Shown here: piece after piece, positions 26,948-36,706 of the stretch | How the letters are laid out: every line of letters begins with the position of its first letter | Numbering within the stretch: position 1 is the stretch's first letter | IMG/VR virus record: IMGVR_UViG_3300005512_000048 | Span: 1-50,733 of that record | DNA length: 50,733 bases | Strand: one strand, 5' to 3' | DNA from: a virus | Taxonomy: Duplodnaviria > Caudoviricetes | The notes under the pieces: model-generated | Seen by the model: the letters and a program-made list of their open reading frames with translations, nothing else | What the model was told of the DNA's origin: nothing | Databases searched by the model: none | Position numbers and translations under genes: made by a program

Positions 26948-27137
26948 CGCTCTTGGCCTCCCTCTGGTGACATTCTGTCGGCTTCACAACCCTGCCCTTC
27001 TTGTCTGTGGACGGTGATCCTACATACAACATACAACTTGGGTGCCCACCTTCATTATCGAAGTATGAGCAGATAGTTGTGGTCTGGTGGTTCCAGCAGT
27101 GTGGACCATCGGGGACTTCAAACCATATCTTTGCCAT
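26940..27137 (-). CDS. Small Cys-rich protein
   Basis: MAKIWFEVPDGPHCW...; AGGAGG RBS before ATG 27137. Confidence 0.55.
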   Translation of the reverse strand: MAKIWFEVPDGPHCWNHQTTTICSYFDNEGGHPSCMLYVGSPSTDKKGRVVKPTECHQREAKSDD

Positions 27138-28557
27138 CACCGTCCTCCTGTGCGGCACGCGCACGCTCTCGGCAGGATGGGCATTTGCCGCAGTCGCTTG
27201 TAACGGTATCAACGCGACCATTCTTAGCAACTGGATGTGTTGTGCGGTGGGCGCACGGGGCATCAGCCAACTCTCCCCGCAGCGAGGCGATGGTCTGCTC
27301 GGCCTCAAGTTTTGCTGTGTGATACTCTCTGACAGTGGCATTCAGCCGCTCCGCCTCACGCTTCAGTCTGACGATCTCCCGGTGGGCATCGGCACTGTTG
27401 GATGTGATCAGCCTGTTCTCACCTGTCAGCCTGTCGATCTCCTCCACCTTCTCCGCAATGTCGTTCTGCCGCTCCTCCTCCTCTGTGGCAAGGTCGGTGC
27501 GCAACTTCTCAATCTCCGCATCAGCCTGCTTGCTGTAGGCATCCAGCCGGTCAGCGCGGGACTTCTGGGCGTTGCGTTCGTACAACGCCTCAATCCAATC
27601 CTCCCTGCTTCTCTTGTGGTTGTACAGGGCCACGTCAAGCCTCACCTTCAGGCCCTCCACTTCCTCCCGCGCCTCGGCGAGCTGCTGCTTCAGGTGGTCG
27701 ATCTCCGCGAACGGGCAGTCACCGACATGATCACCTGTAGACCCACACCACGGGCACTTGCCTCTTGGCTCCGTGGGCGTGTCGGCCTCAGACTGCAGCT
27801 CGTCCGGCGTAGATACACCATAGTGCCACTGTTCGATGACGCGCAGGCGAGATTTCAGATTGTCCACATAAGCCTCAATGTCCCACGCTGTCTGTGTCTG
27901 GTCGCCGAAGTGGACAGTGCGATTCTTTAGGCCCCACAACGCCGCGTCATACCTACCGAAGCCGTCTATCCTCTCCCTGTCCGATGGCGTCACGGGCGGG
28001 GATACTTCCTGAACGTCTTTGCCCACTCTGACACCAGCACCCTCACTGCCGTCCGATGCCCCACTGGACGCCACACTATCATTCTCCGAGACTTCATCTT
28101 CCGCATCTGCGCTATTGGGTGCATCTGATCCTCCTCTCACTCGCTCGGCCCACTCGGGATGTGACCACTTGGTCTGATCTCTGATATCCATCGTGTCTGG
28201 ACCCTCGAATGTCCACCCCAGGAAGTGCTCTGCCAATTTGCCCTCGACCTCCCGCAGGCCGCGCTCCAATTCAACGCATCGACACTCGTTCTTGTGCGTC
28301 TCGCCTGCCCTACGAATATTGTCATCTCCATAGAGCTTGGCCCAGTTCTCCAGGGCACCAACCTTCTCAGTCAGGTGAGCAGACTCGCGGATCTCCTTCT
28401 CCAGTTTTTCATCCAAGCAGCGATACGACGTTGCCGACACGTCCGCTTCGGCGTTCAAACGTCGTCCCAACTCCTCTACCTTCTCCCGCAACTCCTTCGA
28501 CTCAGCCTCCAGCGTTTTGAAGCGTATGTCTATGCCCTTTTCAAGTTCTTGGTCCAT
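27118..28557 (-). CDS. Coiled-coil protein with Zn-binding motifs
   Basis: 479 aa mosaic with long heptad regions, CPWC..H..C and CGKCPSC. Confidence 0.7.
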   Translation of the reverse strand: MDQELEKGIDIRFKTLEAESKELREKVEELGRRLNAEADVSATSYRCLDEKLEKEIRESAHLTEKVGALENWAKLYGDDNIRRAGETHKNECRCVELERGLREVEGKLAEHFLGWTFEGPDTMDIRDQTKWSHPEWAERVRGGSDAPNSADAEDEVSENDSVASSGASDGSEGAGVRVGKDVQEVSPPVTPSDRERIDGFGRYDAALWGLKNRTVHFGDQTQTAWDIEAYVDNLKSRLRVIEQWHYGVSTPDELQSEADTPTEPRGKCPWCGSTGDHVGDCPFAEIDHLKQQLAEAREEVEGLKVRLDVALYNHKRSREDWIEALYERNAQKSRADRLDAYSKQADAEIEKLRTDLATEEEERQNDIAEKVEEIDRLTGENRLITSNSADAHREIVRLKREAERLNATVREYHTAKLEAEQTIASLRGELADAPCAHRTTHPVAKNGRVDTVTSDCGKCPSCRERARAAQEDGDGKDMV

Positions 28558-28876
28558 GCCCCCTCCTCAGTTCGTCCCACACCACTCGTGGGATCTGCAC
28601 CGTGATATAATCCAACCTTGGGTCGTCGTGCTCGACACCGCACGCGGCCAGCTCGCGCATCTGCTCATTCATCCGATCTGCGATGTCCCGCACCTCGATA
28701 GCCCACTCCCTGCGCTCCTCCTCTGCCAAAAACAGCCGGTCACACATCCATCGCCACCACCTGGCAGGCACGCGCTTGGGGACATGCTCGTGGTCATCTA
28801 TGTATCGGGACGGCGGGGTCGTCGTGTTCAGCATCCGTGCCGCCAAGCGGATCATCCTTCCGTACAGATCGTCCAT
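28541..28876 (-). CDS. Hypothetical protein
   Basis: 111 aa, coupled to neighbours. Confidence 0.6.
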   Translation of the reverse strand: MDDLYGRMIRLAARMLNTTTPPSRYIDDHEHVPKRVPARWWRWMCDRLFLAEEERREWAIEVRDIADRMNEQMRELAACGVEHDDPRLDYITVQIPRVVWDELRRGHGPRT

Positions 28877-29011
28877 CTATCCCCCCAATCGCCTGCGTAT
28901 CTCGTCCTCAACTTCGCGGTCACTCAGACCCCACATAGCACCCAGGTCGAACAGGCTCCCAAACTCGTATCGCCACTCCCGCCATAGCCAGTCTGATAGG
29001 CAGCGGTCCAT
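28877..29011 (-). CDS. 44-aa hypothetical protein
   Basis: MDRCLSDWLWREWRYEFGSLFDLG...; exactly fills the gap between flanking genes. Confidence 0.5.
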   Translation of the reverse strand: MDRCLSDWLWREWRYEFGSLFDLGAMWGLSDREVEDEIRRRLGG

Positions 29012-29734
29012 TCACCCCTCCTCTGTGAACTCCACGACCCACACGTACGGGTTGTCTGCCCACGACCATCCCGGCTTCGCGCCGTTGATCGAGTCCCACA
29101 GCGTCTGGAACGAGCGCCGTGGACAGGAGCATTCCATGTCCATTTCGCCTGGTGTGCCACGCAGATAGTTGCGCCACGGGCAACAGGAGAACGTGCCACC
29201 CACTCTCTCGATGCCCTCTGCCATTGCGTCTGCCTCGCTGATCTCCTGCACCCGCTCTACCCTGATCCCTACAATCTCCAGGTCAATGCGGGAGGCCCAG
29301 CGGGGCATGAACCGGGCATGTCGATACCGGCCCCAATCACCAAAGTCCTGCATATCACGGTTGCCCCAGGCAGTCTCAGTGCCATCAGCCTCATACTTGA
29401 TCGGGCAGTAGTGAGGCTTCTTGTATCCGGCCTCGTTTGCCGCCTCCTGAATCTGTGTGGCGTTCTTGCCGTCCAGGCTTACTCGTGTTCGCCACGCCTC
29501 CCGCACCCAGAGCCGATCCCCAACAACACCGTAGGGGCAGCGGTAGGCCGACTGCACATAACAGGTGCCCACCCTCTCGCCCCACAGCACGTTCCCCGCG
29601 TGCGTAGTCCGTGGAACTAGCGCCTTCACGTCATCGGCTGGCTGTGACCTCATCACCCGCCGCGTCTGCGTCTTCCTGCCGTCAAGAATCGCCCTCACCA
29701 TATCCGCTGAAAACGGTATCGGTCGCTCAGTCAT
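29012..29734 (-). CDS. Conserved phage protein with ASCH/PUA-like fold
   Basis: MTERPIPFS..MVRAILDGRKTQTRR, GDRLWVRE, MPRWASRI, W..NPYVWVVEF. Confidence 0.8.
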   Translation of the reverse strand: MTERPIPFSADMVRAILDGRKTQTRRVMRSQPADDVKALVPRTTHAGNVLWGERVGTCYVQSAYRCPYGVVGDRLWVREAWRTRVSLDGKNATQIQEAANEAGYKKPHYCPIKYEADGTETAWGNRDMQDFGDWGRYRHARFMPRWASRIDLEIVGIRVERVQEISEADAMAEGIERVGGTFSCCPWRNYLRGTPGEMDMECSCPRRSFQTLWDSINGAKPGWSWADNPYVWVVEFTEEG

Positions 29735-30106
29735 TCACCCCTCCGTAAGCATCGCGGCAAGACCCCTGCCGCCTCGCGTCTCACACCGCCTCTGGATGGC
29801 GCGGGACTCCCGCAGCCTGCGCTTCACCTCAGCGATGTATTCAGGCCCCCAGCGACGTTCGAGCTGCACCCACGTCTCCAGAAGCATCTTCAGATCCTGG
29901 TCCTCAGAGTAGGCCACCGCATTACCGTTTGCGTCCCGGTGGCACCCGTCGCCTTCCCAGGTCCAGCAAAGGCTTGCCGTCAGAAGATCGTGCGCCGTCT
30001 TGCCGTGCCCCGTCAGGCAGTGATGTACTTCCGTTTGGGTGCGGCCACAGAGGATGCAGTTCAACTCTGCGACCTTCGCCTTGTGTTCGACTTCAAACTT
30101 GCTCAT
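29735..30106 (-). CDS. Ref/DUF968-like HNH-type Zn nuclease
   Basis: CILCG...EVHH...LC...CH. Confidence 0.6.
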   Translation of the reverse strand: MSKFEVEHKAKVAELNCILCGRTQTEVHHCLTGHGKTAHDLLTASLCWTWEGDGCHRDANGNAVAYSEDQDLKMLLETWVQLERRWGPEYIAEVKRRLRESRAIQRRCETRGGRGLAAMLTEG

Positions 30107-30291
30107 CGGGGCCTCGTGATCGGCTTGGGCTTCAGCAGTCTACGTCCTCCGTCGCGTACAGTCAGCATCGGGAACCGGTCGAGCCCGTCCTCGCCCTTCA
30201 CGGGCTTGTAGACCACGCCGGCCAGCACCCAGCAGGTCTCAGGTTCGCCGGCGTCGTTCGTGATCTGGCGGCGTTGGTAGGCGTATCTCAT
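30103..30291 (-). CDS. Hypothetical protein
   Basis: 62 aa, overlapping start and stop with neighbours. Confidence 0.55.
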   Translation of the reverse strand: MRYAYQRRQITNDAGEPETCWVLAGVVYKPVKGEDGLDRFPMLTVRDGGRRLLKPKPITRPR

Positions 30292-30563
30292 AGCATCTTC
30301 AGCGCGGCCGCTATGGCCTCGCGCTGCTCCTCGATCGGGTAGCTGCGACAGAAGCTCTCGACCCGCTCGGCGACCACACCCATGCGCATTTGTTGCACCC
30401 GGCCGGCGGGCATCTTGTCCACGTTGTCGCAGGCCCGGAACAGGTCGGCGACCATCGCCGCCAGGGTCGGCTGGCCCTTCAGTGGCGGGCCCTCACTGAC
30501 CTCGCGGGTGCCGCCGTTCTCGCGGTCGCGGATCTCACGTGTGCGTCTGGTTGTTGTTGGCAT
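30288..30563 (-). CDS. Hypothetical protein
   Basis: 91 aa from ATG 30563 (MPTTTRR). Confidence 0.55.
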   Translation of the reverse strand: MPTTTRRTREIRDRENGGTREVSEGPPLKGQPTLAAMVADLFRACDNVDKMPAGRVQQMRMGVVAERVESFCRSYPIEEQREAIAAALKML

Positions 30564-30648
30564 TCCGTTGTTCCTGTTTATGCAGGGGCGCAGGCTCCCC
30601 GGGTAGTCTGCAGCCATCCCAGGGCCGACCCGCACCCCTGCAAGTGGT

Positions 30649-33261
30649 CTACGCCGCTAGGGCTTCTCTGGTGTCGGCCCAGCCGGAGCGCACGCGGATC
30701 ACGCTGCCGGTAGCCGGTCTCTTTTCCACCTCGACCCTGTCCTCAAAGGCATCCTGCAGCGCCTTCAGGTGTGTGATCACCAGTACCTTGGCAAACATCG
30801 CGCTCACACCGCGGATCGCCTCGATCACGGCCTGCAGGCCCTCGTCATCCAGACTTCCAAATCCCTCATCTATCCATAGGGATTCGATGCGAACCCCCGA
30901 CCGCGCGGCCAGGAACTGCGCGCAGGCGACTCTCAAGGCCAGGTCAATGCGGAAGGCCTCGCCGCCGCTGTACAGCGAGTAGTTGCGCTCACCAACACCG
31001 TCTCTGATGATGATGTCAAACACCTCGGACTGCCCGCCGCCCTTGAGTTCGCGCACGGTCCGGAACTCCAGGTGCATCGGCCCATCCGGCATATTTGCCG
31101 TCATTCTCTCGAGGAGCTCGTTCGCCTCGTGCTCGATCGCCGGCAGGGCCTCCTCCAGGATCAAGGCCTGGATGCCGTCGCGCCCAAAGGCTCGGACCAA
31201 GTGGGTGTGAACGGCTCTGGTGTGCCGCGCCTCCTTCAATGCTTCGCGGTCTGTTGCGAGCTTCGCCTCCACTTCGGCGATCCGGTCCAGCTTGGCCTTT
31301 AAGCCTCCCTGCTCGGAAAGGAGGGCGTCGCGCTGTGCAGCAAGGGTCTTGAGCTTGTTCTCGATCTCTCGGATCTCTGTGCGCAGCTCATCGGCCTCGG
31401 TGGTGTCCACGGCTTCGAACAAGGCTTTCGCGTCGGACGCGGTCCGCTCGGCGTCCTCGACCTTGACCTGTGCCCTGGTGACGGTGCGGCGGGCTTCCTC
31501 GATCTTGTCCTCGGCAGACTGCAGTCGCTCGTGGTCACGGACGGCATTCCCGAGGGTTGCCAGTTCATCTGTGACTTCCTGGTGGGCGTCGGCGTCATAC
31601 CCGAGGTCCACGATCTCCTCGCGCACGGCGTCAAGGCCTATGGCCTCCTGGGTCCGGACCTCCATTGCCCGGGTGCAGTCGGTAACCGCCTGTGTCAGTG
31701 GTCCACCCGCGGCCTCAGCCGCATCGTTCGCGGCCGCAAGCTGCTGCTCGATCCTTGCCAGGGCGCCAGCGGTGGCGCCGAGTTTGTCCCGTTGCTCTCG
31801 CAGTGTCTTGCCTTCGCGCTCCAGGCTTTCCAGCTTGCGCTGTGTCTCTGCGCCGGCGTTCTCAACCTTTTCCATCTCGTCCTGGTTGGCTGAGATCTCC
31901 TGGAGCAAAGTCTCCAGGTGGTTCGCCTTGTGCTCATCATCCAGCAGCGTGCCGCATGTGGGACATATCGCTTCGTCCGTGCCCTCCAGCTTCTCCAGCC
32001 TGTGTGCCAGTCGGCCGGCCTCAACACTCAGGGCGTCCTCTCTGGCGTTCAGTTGGTCAATTTCCACCTTGACCGTTGCGTATTCCGTCCGCTTGGTCGC
32101 GATCTCCTCGTCCAGCCGCTCGGCCTCCTTCGCTGACCACTGTGCCGCGCCCAGGGCCTCGTTGAGCTCGCCACGCTTCTCAGCAACTTCCTTCGCGGTC
32201 GCCAGGGCGGCCTCGGCGGCTTTCAGGTTGGATCTTGCCTCGGCCTTCTGTGCGTCCACCGTCCGCTGCAGCTCGCCGGCACGACGTTCCAGCTCGGCAT
32301 GTTGTCTTGCCTTGGCCTGCAAGCCCGGTGCCTGCTCGTTGAGATCGGTGTGCCGCGCGTACGCCTGCCGTATCTGGTCGGCGTTCGTGATCAGGCCGGA
32401 CAGTCGGGCCTCGGCCTGCTCTGCTGCCTGCAGGTCCATGCGGGCCACGTTCGCCTCGGCCTCGGCCTTCTCGTGCTTCGCGTCCAGCTCGGCCCGCTGC
32501 TGCTCAGCGACCGCCAGGCGCGACAAACGGGCCTCCGTCGTCTTCTGCTCGGCCTGAGCCCGATCGATCTCTGTAGCTACCCGCTCCAGGTCGGCAGTGA
32601 CGGTCCCGTGGCGTCCCGTCAGGCCAGCCGCCTGCCCTGTTTCAGTCTCGGCGGCCTCAATGTCGCGCTGCAGCTTTTCACAGGCCTCCTCGGCCTCGGC
32701 TTCCTTCTTCCTGGCCAAAGCACACAGGTCGTTGTATCGGCCACACCCCACGAACTGGCCGATGGCGTCCTTCCTTTCTCCCGCCGTCATCTCCGCAAAC
32801 GTCCCGGACTTGCCCTGCATCACCATCGAGCTCAACTGCAGGGCCTCGGCGTCCATTTGGAATGTCCGGCGAATGATCGCCTGAGTCTCGGCCACACTGC
32901 CGCCGGTCAGGACGCGCCAATCGTCGCCGTCTTGCACCCGGAACTCCAGGGTCGTCTGTGAGGTCTTGCCGGATTCGGAAACCCGATAGGCGCGGTCCGT
33001 CTCATAGGTCTGCCCCCCCAGCTCGAACCGGTAGACGGCACGCATGTCGAGCGTTCCAAGTCTCAGCAGGCCTGGCGCGGCGGTCTGAGCGTCCCGGGCC
33101 TTCCGGGCCACGCCGAATGTGGCGTACATCAGGCCATCGAGAAGCATCGACTTGCCGTTGCCGTTCGGTCCGGCGATCACGGCGGTCTGAAATGCTGAGA
33201 ACGGCAGCACCGCGTCGGCGTAGGGTCCGAAGTTGTGAAGCGTTAGCGATATGGGTATCAC
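30649..33261 (-). CDS. sbcC: SbcC/Rad50 SMC-like ATPase
   Basis: Walker A GPNGNGKS, Q-loop MQG, coiled coils, Zn hook CPTC, signature YSGGE, Walker B IDEGFGSLD, ITH. Confidence 0.93.
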   Translation of the reverse strand: MIPISLTLHNFGPYADAVLPFSAFQTAVIAGPNGNGKSMLLDGLMYATFGVARKARDAQTAAPGLLRLGTLDMRAVYRFELGGQTYETDRAYRVSESGKTSQTTLEFRVQDGDDWRVLTGGSVAETQAIIRRTFQMDAEALQLSSMVMQGKSGTFAEMTAGERKDAIGQFVGCGRYNDLCALARKKEAEAEEACEKLQRDIEAAETETGQAAGLTGRHGTVTADLERVATEIDRAQAEQKTTEARLSRLAVAEQQRAELDAKHEKAEAEANVARMDLQAAEQAEARLSGLITNADQIRQAYARHTDLNEQAPGLQAKARQHAELERRAGELQRTVDAQKAEARSNLKAAEAALATAKEVAEKRGELNEALGAAQWSAKEAERLDEEIATKRTEYATVKVEIDQLNAREDALSVEAGRLAHRLEKLEGTDEAICPTCGTLLDDEHKANHLETLLQEISANQDEMEKVENAGAETQRKLESLEREGKTLREQRDKLGATAGALARIEQQLAAANDAAEAAGGPLTQAVTDCTRAMEVRTQEAIGLDAVREEIVDLGYDADAHQEVTDELATLGNAVRDHERLQSAEDKIEEARRTVTRAQVKVEDAERTASDAKALFEAVDTTEADELRTEIREIENKLKTLAAQRDALLSEQGGLKAKLDRIAEVEAKLATDREALKEARHTRAVHTHLVRAFGRDGIQALILEEALPAIEHEANELLERMTANMPDGPMHLEFRTVRELKGGGQSEVFDIIIRDGVGERNYSLYSGGEAFRIDLALRVACAQFLAARSGVRIESLWIDEGFGSLDDEGLQAVIEAIRGVSAMFAKVLVITHLKALQDAFEDRVEVEKRPATGSVIRVRSGWADTREALAA

Positions 33262-34484
33262 GTGGTCGCCTCCTCAAGTTCCGCTTCCAGGTCCGCGGCC
33301 GCCGATAGTATCGCGGCCGGCATGTCGTTGCTCTGCATCAGGTCCGGCTGGGTCTTGAGCCAGGCCTTCAAGGCTTGCTGTGTCGTTGCCCCTTGGCTGA
33401 TCCCCTCGCGCCTTGCGATCTTGCGCTTGTGCGGCGCAGCCTTGATGCCGGCCACGTAGTGAGCGCCAGCCGCGTCCAAAGCTTTTCTGACGGCTGTGGC
33501 GTCCGGCGGCTGGGGTGCGTCGTAGATCACGCGCACGATCGCCTCAGTGATGTCTTGCTCCCCGATCTGCTGCAGGATCCCCTCGGTCGGATCGCTTTGC
33601 GAGACTGTGCTGATCGTGACCATCGTCCGCGCCGGGCTCGGGATGTGGGTGTAGTCCGCCTCATAGACCTGCCGGTTGAGGTCGTAGTCGATCTCCACGA
33701 TCACGGCCCCGGGGTTGCCGTCCTTCTCCCCAAAGTTTAGGCGCTCGATGCTGCCCGGGTAGACCACTGGCGGACCCTCAGCGTTGAGGTCCTGGTGGTA
33801 GTGCACGTGCCCCAGCGCCACATACTGGAATGTCGGGTTGGCAAGGTCGTTGGTCTTGAACACCGGGTCCCTGCCGATGCTCGCCGTCCGCTCCGTCCCT
33901 GAGTATGTGGCTTCTTCTGCTGCCAGGTGGGCCAGGAGCACGGCGGGGTGGTTCGGGTCCACCTCCGAGGCCATCCGCGCGATCAGGTCGGCCCCCATCT
34001 GCTCCAGGCGCCGGACCGCCTCCTCGGCGCTGAGGTCCTGGTCGGCCATCAGCCGCGACCGGTGCAGCCAGGGAAGGCACGCGACCTGCAGGATTCCCGA
34101 CGAGGTGACCACGACGGTCAACTTGGGGTCCCTTACGACGGTCACGTCCGCAAGATCCGCAAACACATCCAACGCCGTCGCTTTGCCCTCGGCGGCGGTC
34201 ATGTCGTGGTTCCCCGGGATCATCAGGACCGGAATGTTCGCAGCAATGAACCTCCGAATCTCCCGCACAAAGGCTCTTTGGTGCGTCTGGCTCGGCGTGG
34301 GTCCTGGGTAGGCGTCGCCGGCGAACAGCACGGCGTCCACCTTCCTCTCGAGCGCCACGTCAACTATGTGACTCAGCGCCCGCACAAAGTCCTCCAGGCG
34401 CGTGTTCAGGCCCGTCACGGGGTTTGTTCTGCCGTATAACTCGGTGCCTGTGTGTGTGTCGGCAATATGAAGGAATCGGATCAC
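33258..34484 (-). CDS. sbcD: SbcD/Mre11 metallophosphoesterase nuclease
   Basis: ADTH, AGD, GNHD, AH, LGHVH, YPGSIE; GTG 34484 with AGGAGG RBS. Confidence 0.93.
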   Translation of the reverse strand: MIRFLHIADTHTGTELYGRTNPVTGLNTRLEDFVRALSHIVDVALERKVDAVLFAGDAYPGPTPSQTHQRAFVREIRRFIAANIPVLMIPGNHDMTAAEGKATALDVFADLADVTVVRDPKLTVVVTSSGILQVACLPWLHRSRLMADQDLSAEEAVRRLEQMGADLIARMASEVDPNHPAVLLAHLAAEEATYSGTERTASIGRDPVFKTNDLANPTFQYVALGHVHYHQDLNAEGPPVVYPGSIERLNFGEKDGNPGAVIVEIDYDLNRQVYEADYTHIPSPARTMVTISTVSQSDPTEGILQQIGEQDITEAIVRVIYDAPQPPDATAVRKALDAAGAHYVAGIKAAPHKRKIARREGISQGATTQQALKAWLKTQPDLMQSNDMPAAILSAAADLEAELEEATT

Positions 34485-34520
34485 TTGCCACCTCCTCTCG
34501 ATCTGCTGGTTGCCCAATAA

Positions 34521-34586
34521 TTAGCCCTGTGCTAAATATAGGCACAGAAGGGTTGTCGTGCAAGGCGTTTATTTGCTATTTGCGAA
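34521..34586 (-). promoter_or_regulatory. Operator-flanked promoter of sbcD-sbcC
   Basis: TTGCAC-N17-TATATT with operators at 34521-34535 and 34572-34586. Confidence 0.75.
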
Positions 34587-34587
34587 A

Positions 34588-35463
34588 CTATTTACGTGAG
34601 GACTGGCGCATCGAGCATCCGACCATCTCGATGCTGGTATTTGGAGAGAGCCTGTCCATCTGGCGGACATAATGGCGGGCGAGGGTGTCGAGCTTGAGGT
34701 TGCTGCTGATGCTGGTGGGTAGGCCGTTGTCGGTGCGGGCGTCTATGATGCCGTGGTAGACTTCGACCGCCCACTCGTTGGCCCTTTTGACGCCGAAATC
34801 GTCGATGGACAGCCATGTTACAGTCTTGAACTGGTCCAAGACCTCATGCTCACAGACCTCGCTGTCACGGTCCCAGCTCGCCTTGATTGCGTCGAACACG
34901 GCCCGCTCCGGCACGATCATCGCCGTGTGCCCCAACTCCAGAGCTTTGCGGGTCGCCGCGCAGGCCAGGAGCGTCTTGCCAGTCCCAACCGATCCCGTCA
35001 GACTCAAGCCGATACCGGCGGCGACATTGTCGTTAAAGTCTTTGAAGTAGGCCGTGGCTTGGGCCTTCCATCCGCGCCGCTTCGCGGCCTCCTCCGGAAA
35101 TAGGCCGTACTGTCCACACAAAACTGCGGGATCGTCCACAAAGTCATTTAGGGTCGCGCTGGTGTGCTTTGTGGGTATGCCGGCCCTGGTGATCATAGCC
35201 TGCATCTCGAGGTGCCTTTGCTGCACCAGGGCGCGCTCAACATCCTCCGGCCGACATATTGGACACGGCAGGCCCCTCAGGCTCCTGGCCTTGCGCAAAA
35301 CCGAAAATCTTGCCCGGGCGGCATCCACGCGGACGATCGTCCGCGCCTCGTTGCTGTAGCACACCGGGCAAAGGTCGGGAAAGTTGTCAGGCGCGGGTGG
35401 GGTTGGGCTGGTAGGGGTAATCGATTCCAGTTGGCTGCGGACCGCCGTTGCCACGTGCTCCAT
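34588..35463 (-). CDS. DnaC/IstB-like helicase loader ATPase
   Basis: N-terminal CPVC..CPIC, Walker A GSVGTGKT, Walker B IDDFG, SSN. Confidence 0.88.
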   Translation of the reverse strand: MEHVATAVRSQLESITPTSPTPPAPDNFPDLCPVCYSNEARTIVRVDAARARFSVLRKARSLRGLPCPICRPEDVERALVQQRHLEMQAMITRAGIPTKHTSATLNDFVDDPAVLCGQYGLFPEEAAKRRGWKAQATAYFKDFNDNVAAGIGLSLTGSVGTGKTLLACAATRKALELGHTAMIVPERAVFDAIKASWDRDSEVCEHEVLDQFKTVTWLSIDDFGVKRANEWAVEVYHGIIDARTDNGLPTSISSNLKLDTLARHYVRQMDRLSPNTSIEMVGCSMRQSSRK

Positions 35464-36247
35464 TGTCCTGTCCTTTCTCGGTCTTGAGTGTGCACTTGTA
35501 CACCGCCTGGATCACTGACACGGGCCGCGGCTTCTCCCGGAACACGGCGCCGAGGAGGTCTATTGCCTTGCTCTCCCCTTGGGTCTCGATCAGGTCTTCT
35601 ATGCGCATCAGGGCGTCGGCGCGCTTAGCATCCGGCAGTGTGGCGAGTGGATGCCCGCCGGTCGGCCGGTGGCGTTGGTAGGCCTTCAGCCAGCGGGTTA
35701 CAGGCTCGTCCTCGTATTGTGGGTCGGTTGGATCCAGACAGAGAGAAGGCGGCGCATCGCCGAGGGGTGGATGGTTCTCCCTGGCAACAGGGGTACTCTT
35801 TTGGGGTTCTTCTCTTCTCTTCTCTTCTCTTCTCTTCTCTGGTCCGCATTCTGTCCTATATGTGTCCGCATTTGATGCGGACGGTTTGCGGACGGTTTGC
35901 GGAGCGGATCGGGACATCTGCTTGCGCAGCGCCTCCGTAGCCCTCCGTTTGGCGTTTTTACTGTTGTGCCTCTCCCAATTTGGTAGAGCAAAGCCGTCTT
36001 GAGTGATACTAAGCCACCCTACAGCTTCCATTGCCCCTGTGAAACCTGGCTGGTCGAGGAACTTGTTTACCCAGTCAATGCGGACATTTGTCACATATCC
36101 GTCCGCATTGTGTGCGGACATCCACGACCAGAACTTGTGGAGTTTCCCGACGACCATGTCCTCCTCAATCCCCAGTGCGTCAGCTATCGCAATCACGGCC
36201 GGGTCCATTGCCAGGTCACAGCGCATTTTGATCCACTCTCCAGCCAT
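35387..36247 (-). CDS. Phage replication initiator protein
   Basis: MAGEWIKMR..L, VGKLH.FWSW, PNWERHN, EKRREEKRREE linker; upstream of loader. Confidence 0.8.
   Translation of the reverse strand: MAGEWIKMRCDLAMDPAVIAIADALGIEEDMVVGKLHKFWSWMSAHNADGYVTNVRIDWVNKFLDQPGFTGAMEAVGWLSITQDGFALPNWERHNSKNAKRRATEALRKQMSRSAPQTVRKPSASNADTYRTECGPEKRREEKRREEPQKSTPVARENHPPLGDAPPSLCLDPTDPQYEDEPVTRWLKAYQRHRPTGGHPLATLPDAKRADALMRIEDLIETQGESKAIDLLGAVFREKPRPVSVIQAVYKCTLKTEKGQDNGARGNGGPQPTGIDYPYQPNPTRA
35810..35915. repeat. Probable replication origin: (TTCTC)6 tract and TGCGGAC/GTCCGCA iterons
   Basis: TTCTC x6 at 35810-35839; GTCCGCA twice then TGCGGACGGTT twice plus TGCGGAG; more copies near 36079-36120; lambda-like position inside initiator gene. 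Confidence 0.6.
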
Positions 36248-36323
36248 ACTTGCTCCATTTCGCTATCTGCTACCATTCCGAGCATGGGGAAGCACCGGGC
36301 GTTCTGCCCGGTGCCTGTTCGCC

Positions 36324-36527
36324 CTATGCTGCTTTTCTGTGCGCCTTGAACAGCTGGTCAACCTCGCTCTGCAGCTGCTCCGCCTTGTCCTCCAGGCCCT
36401 CGATCACGGGCCGAAGGAGGGCCGCAGCCTGGGCGTCGCGATCATCCCCGGCATCCAGCAGACGGTGCAACCCCCTTAAGGCCAGCAGCTCCTCCGACAG
36501 CGCAAATGTGACGTTGATCTCCTGCAT
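36324..36527 (-). CDS. Hypothetical protein
   Basis: 67 aa, GGAGGT RBS right after leader hairpin. Confidence 0.6.
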   Translation of the reverse strand: MQEINVTFALSEELLALRGLHRLLDAGDDRDAQAAALLRPVIEGLEDKAEQLQSEVDQLFKAHRKAA

Positions 36528-36539
36528 GGGGCACCTCCA

Positions 36540-36698
36540 AATACAAAACCGCCCCAAGATGGTCACCGAAAGCGGAGCTCTCGTTAGGGGCCTCACGGCC
36601 TCCAGCATCTTGGGGCGGTCGATTTGGATACGTGCGTACATAGAAACACTCCGTTTCGGTGACGCCTGAATATAGCCCAACAGCGCCCCGGAAGTCAA
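36540..36698 (-). promoter_or_regulatory. Promoter plus structured attenuator-like leader
   Basis: TTGACT-N18-TATATT; 14-bp stem ACCGCCCCAAGATG/CATCTTGGGGCGGT plus TTTGTATTT; 5' GTCACCGAAACGGAG complementary to loop CTCCGCTTTCGGTGAC. Confidence 0.65.
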
Positions 36699-36706
36699 GG
36701 GCGATC

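Noticed and set aside
30582-30641. Hairpin after sbcC (similar ones at about 16271-16305, 36292-36314, 39301-39354, 42220-42261)
   Set aside because: Ordinary intergenic stems without further supporting features; likely processing or termination signals.
35810-35839. (TTCTC)6 as a phase-variation tract
   Set aside because: Encodes the EKRREEKRREE linker common in phage initiators; better read as origin-associated.
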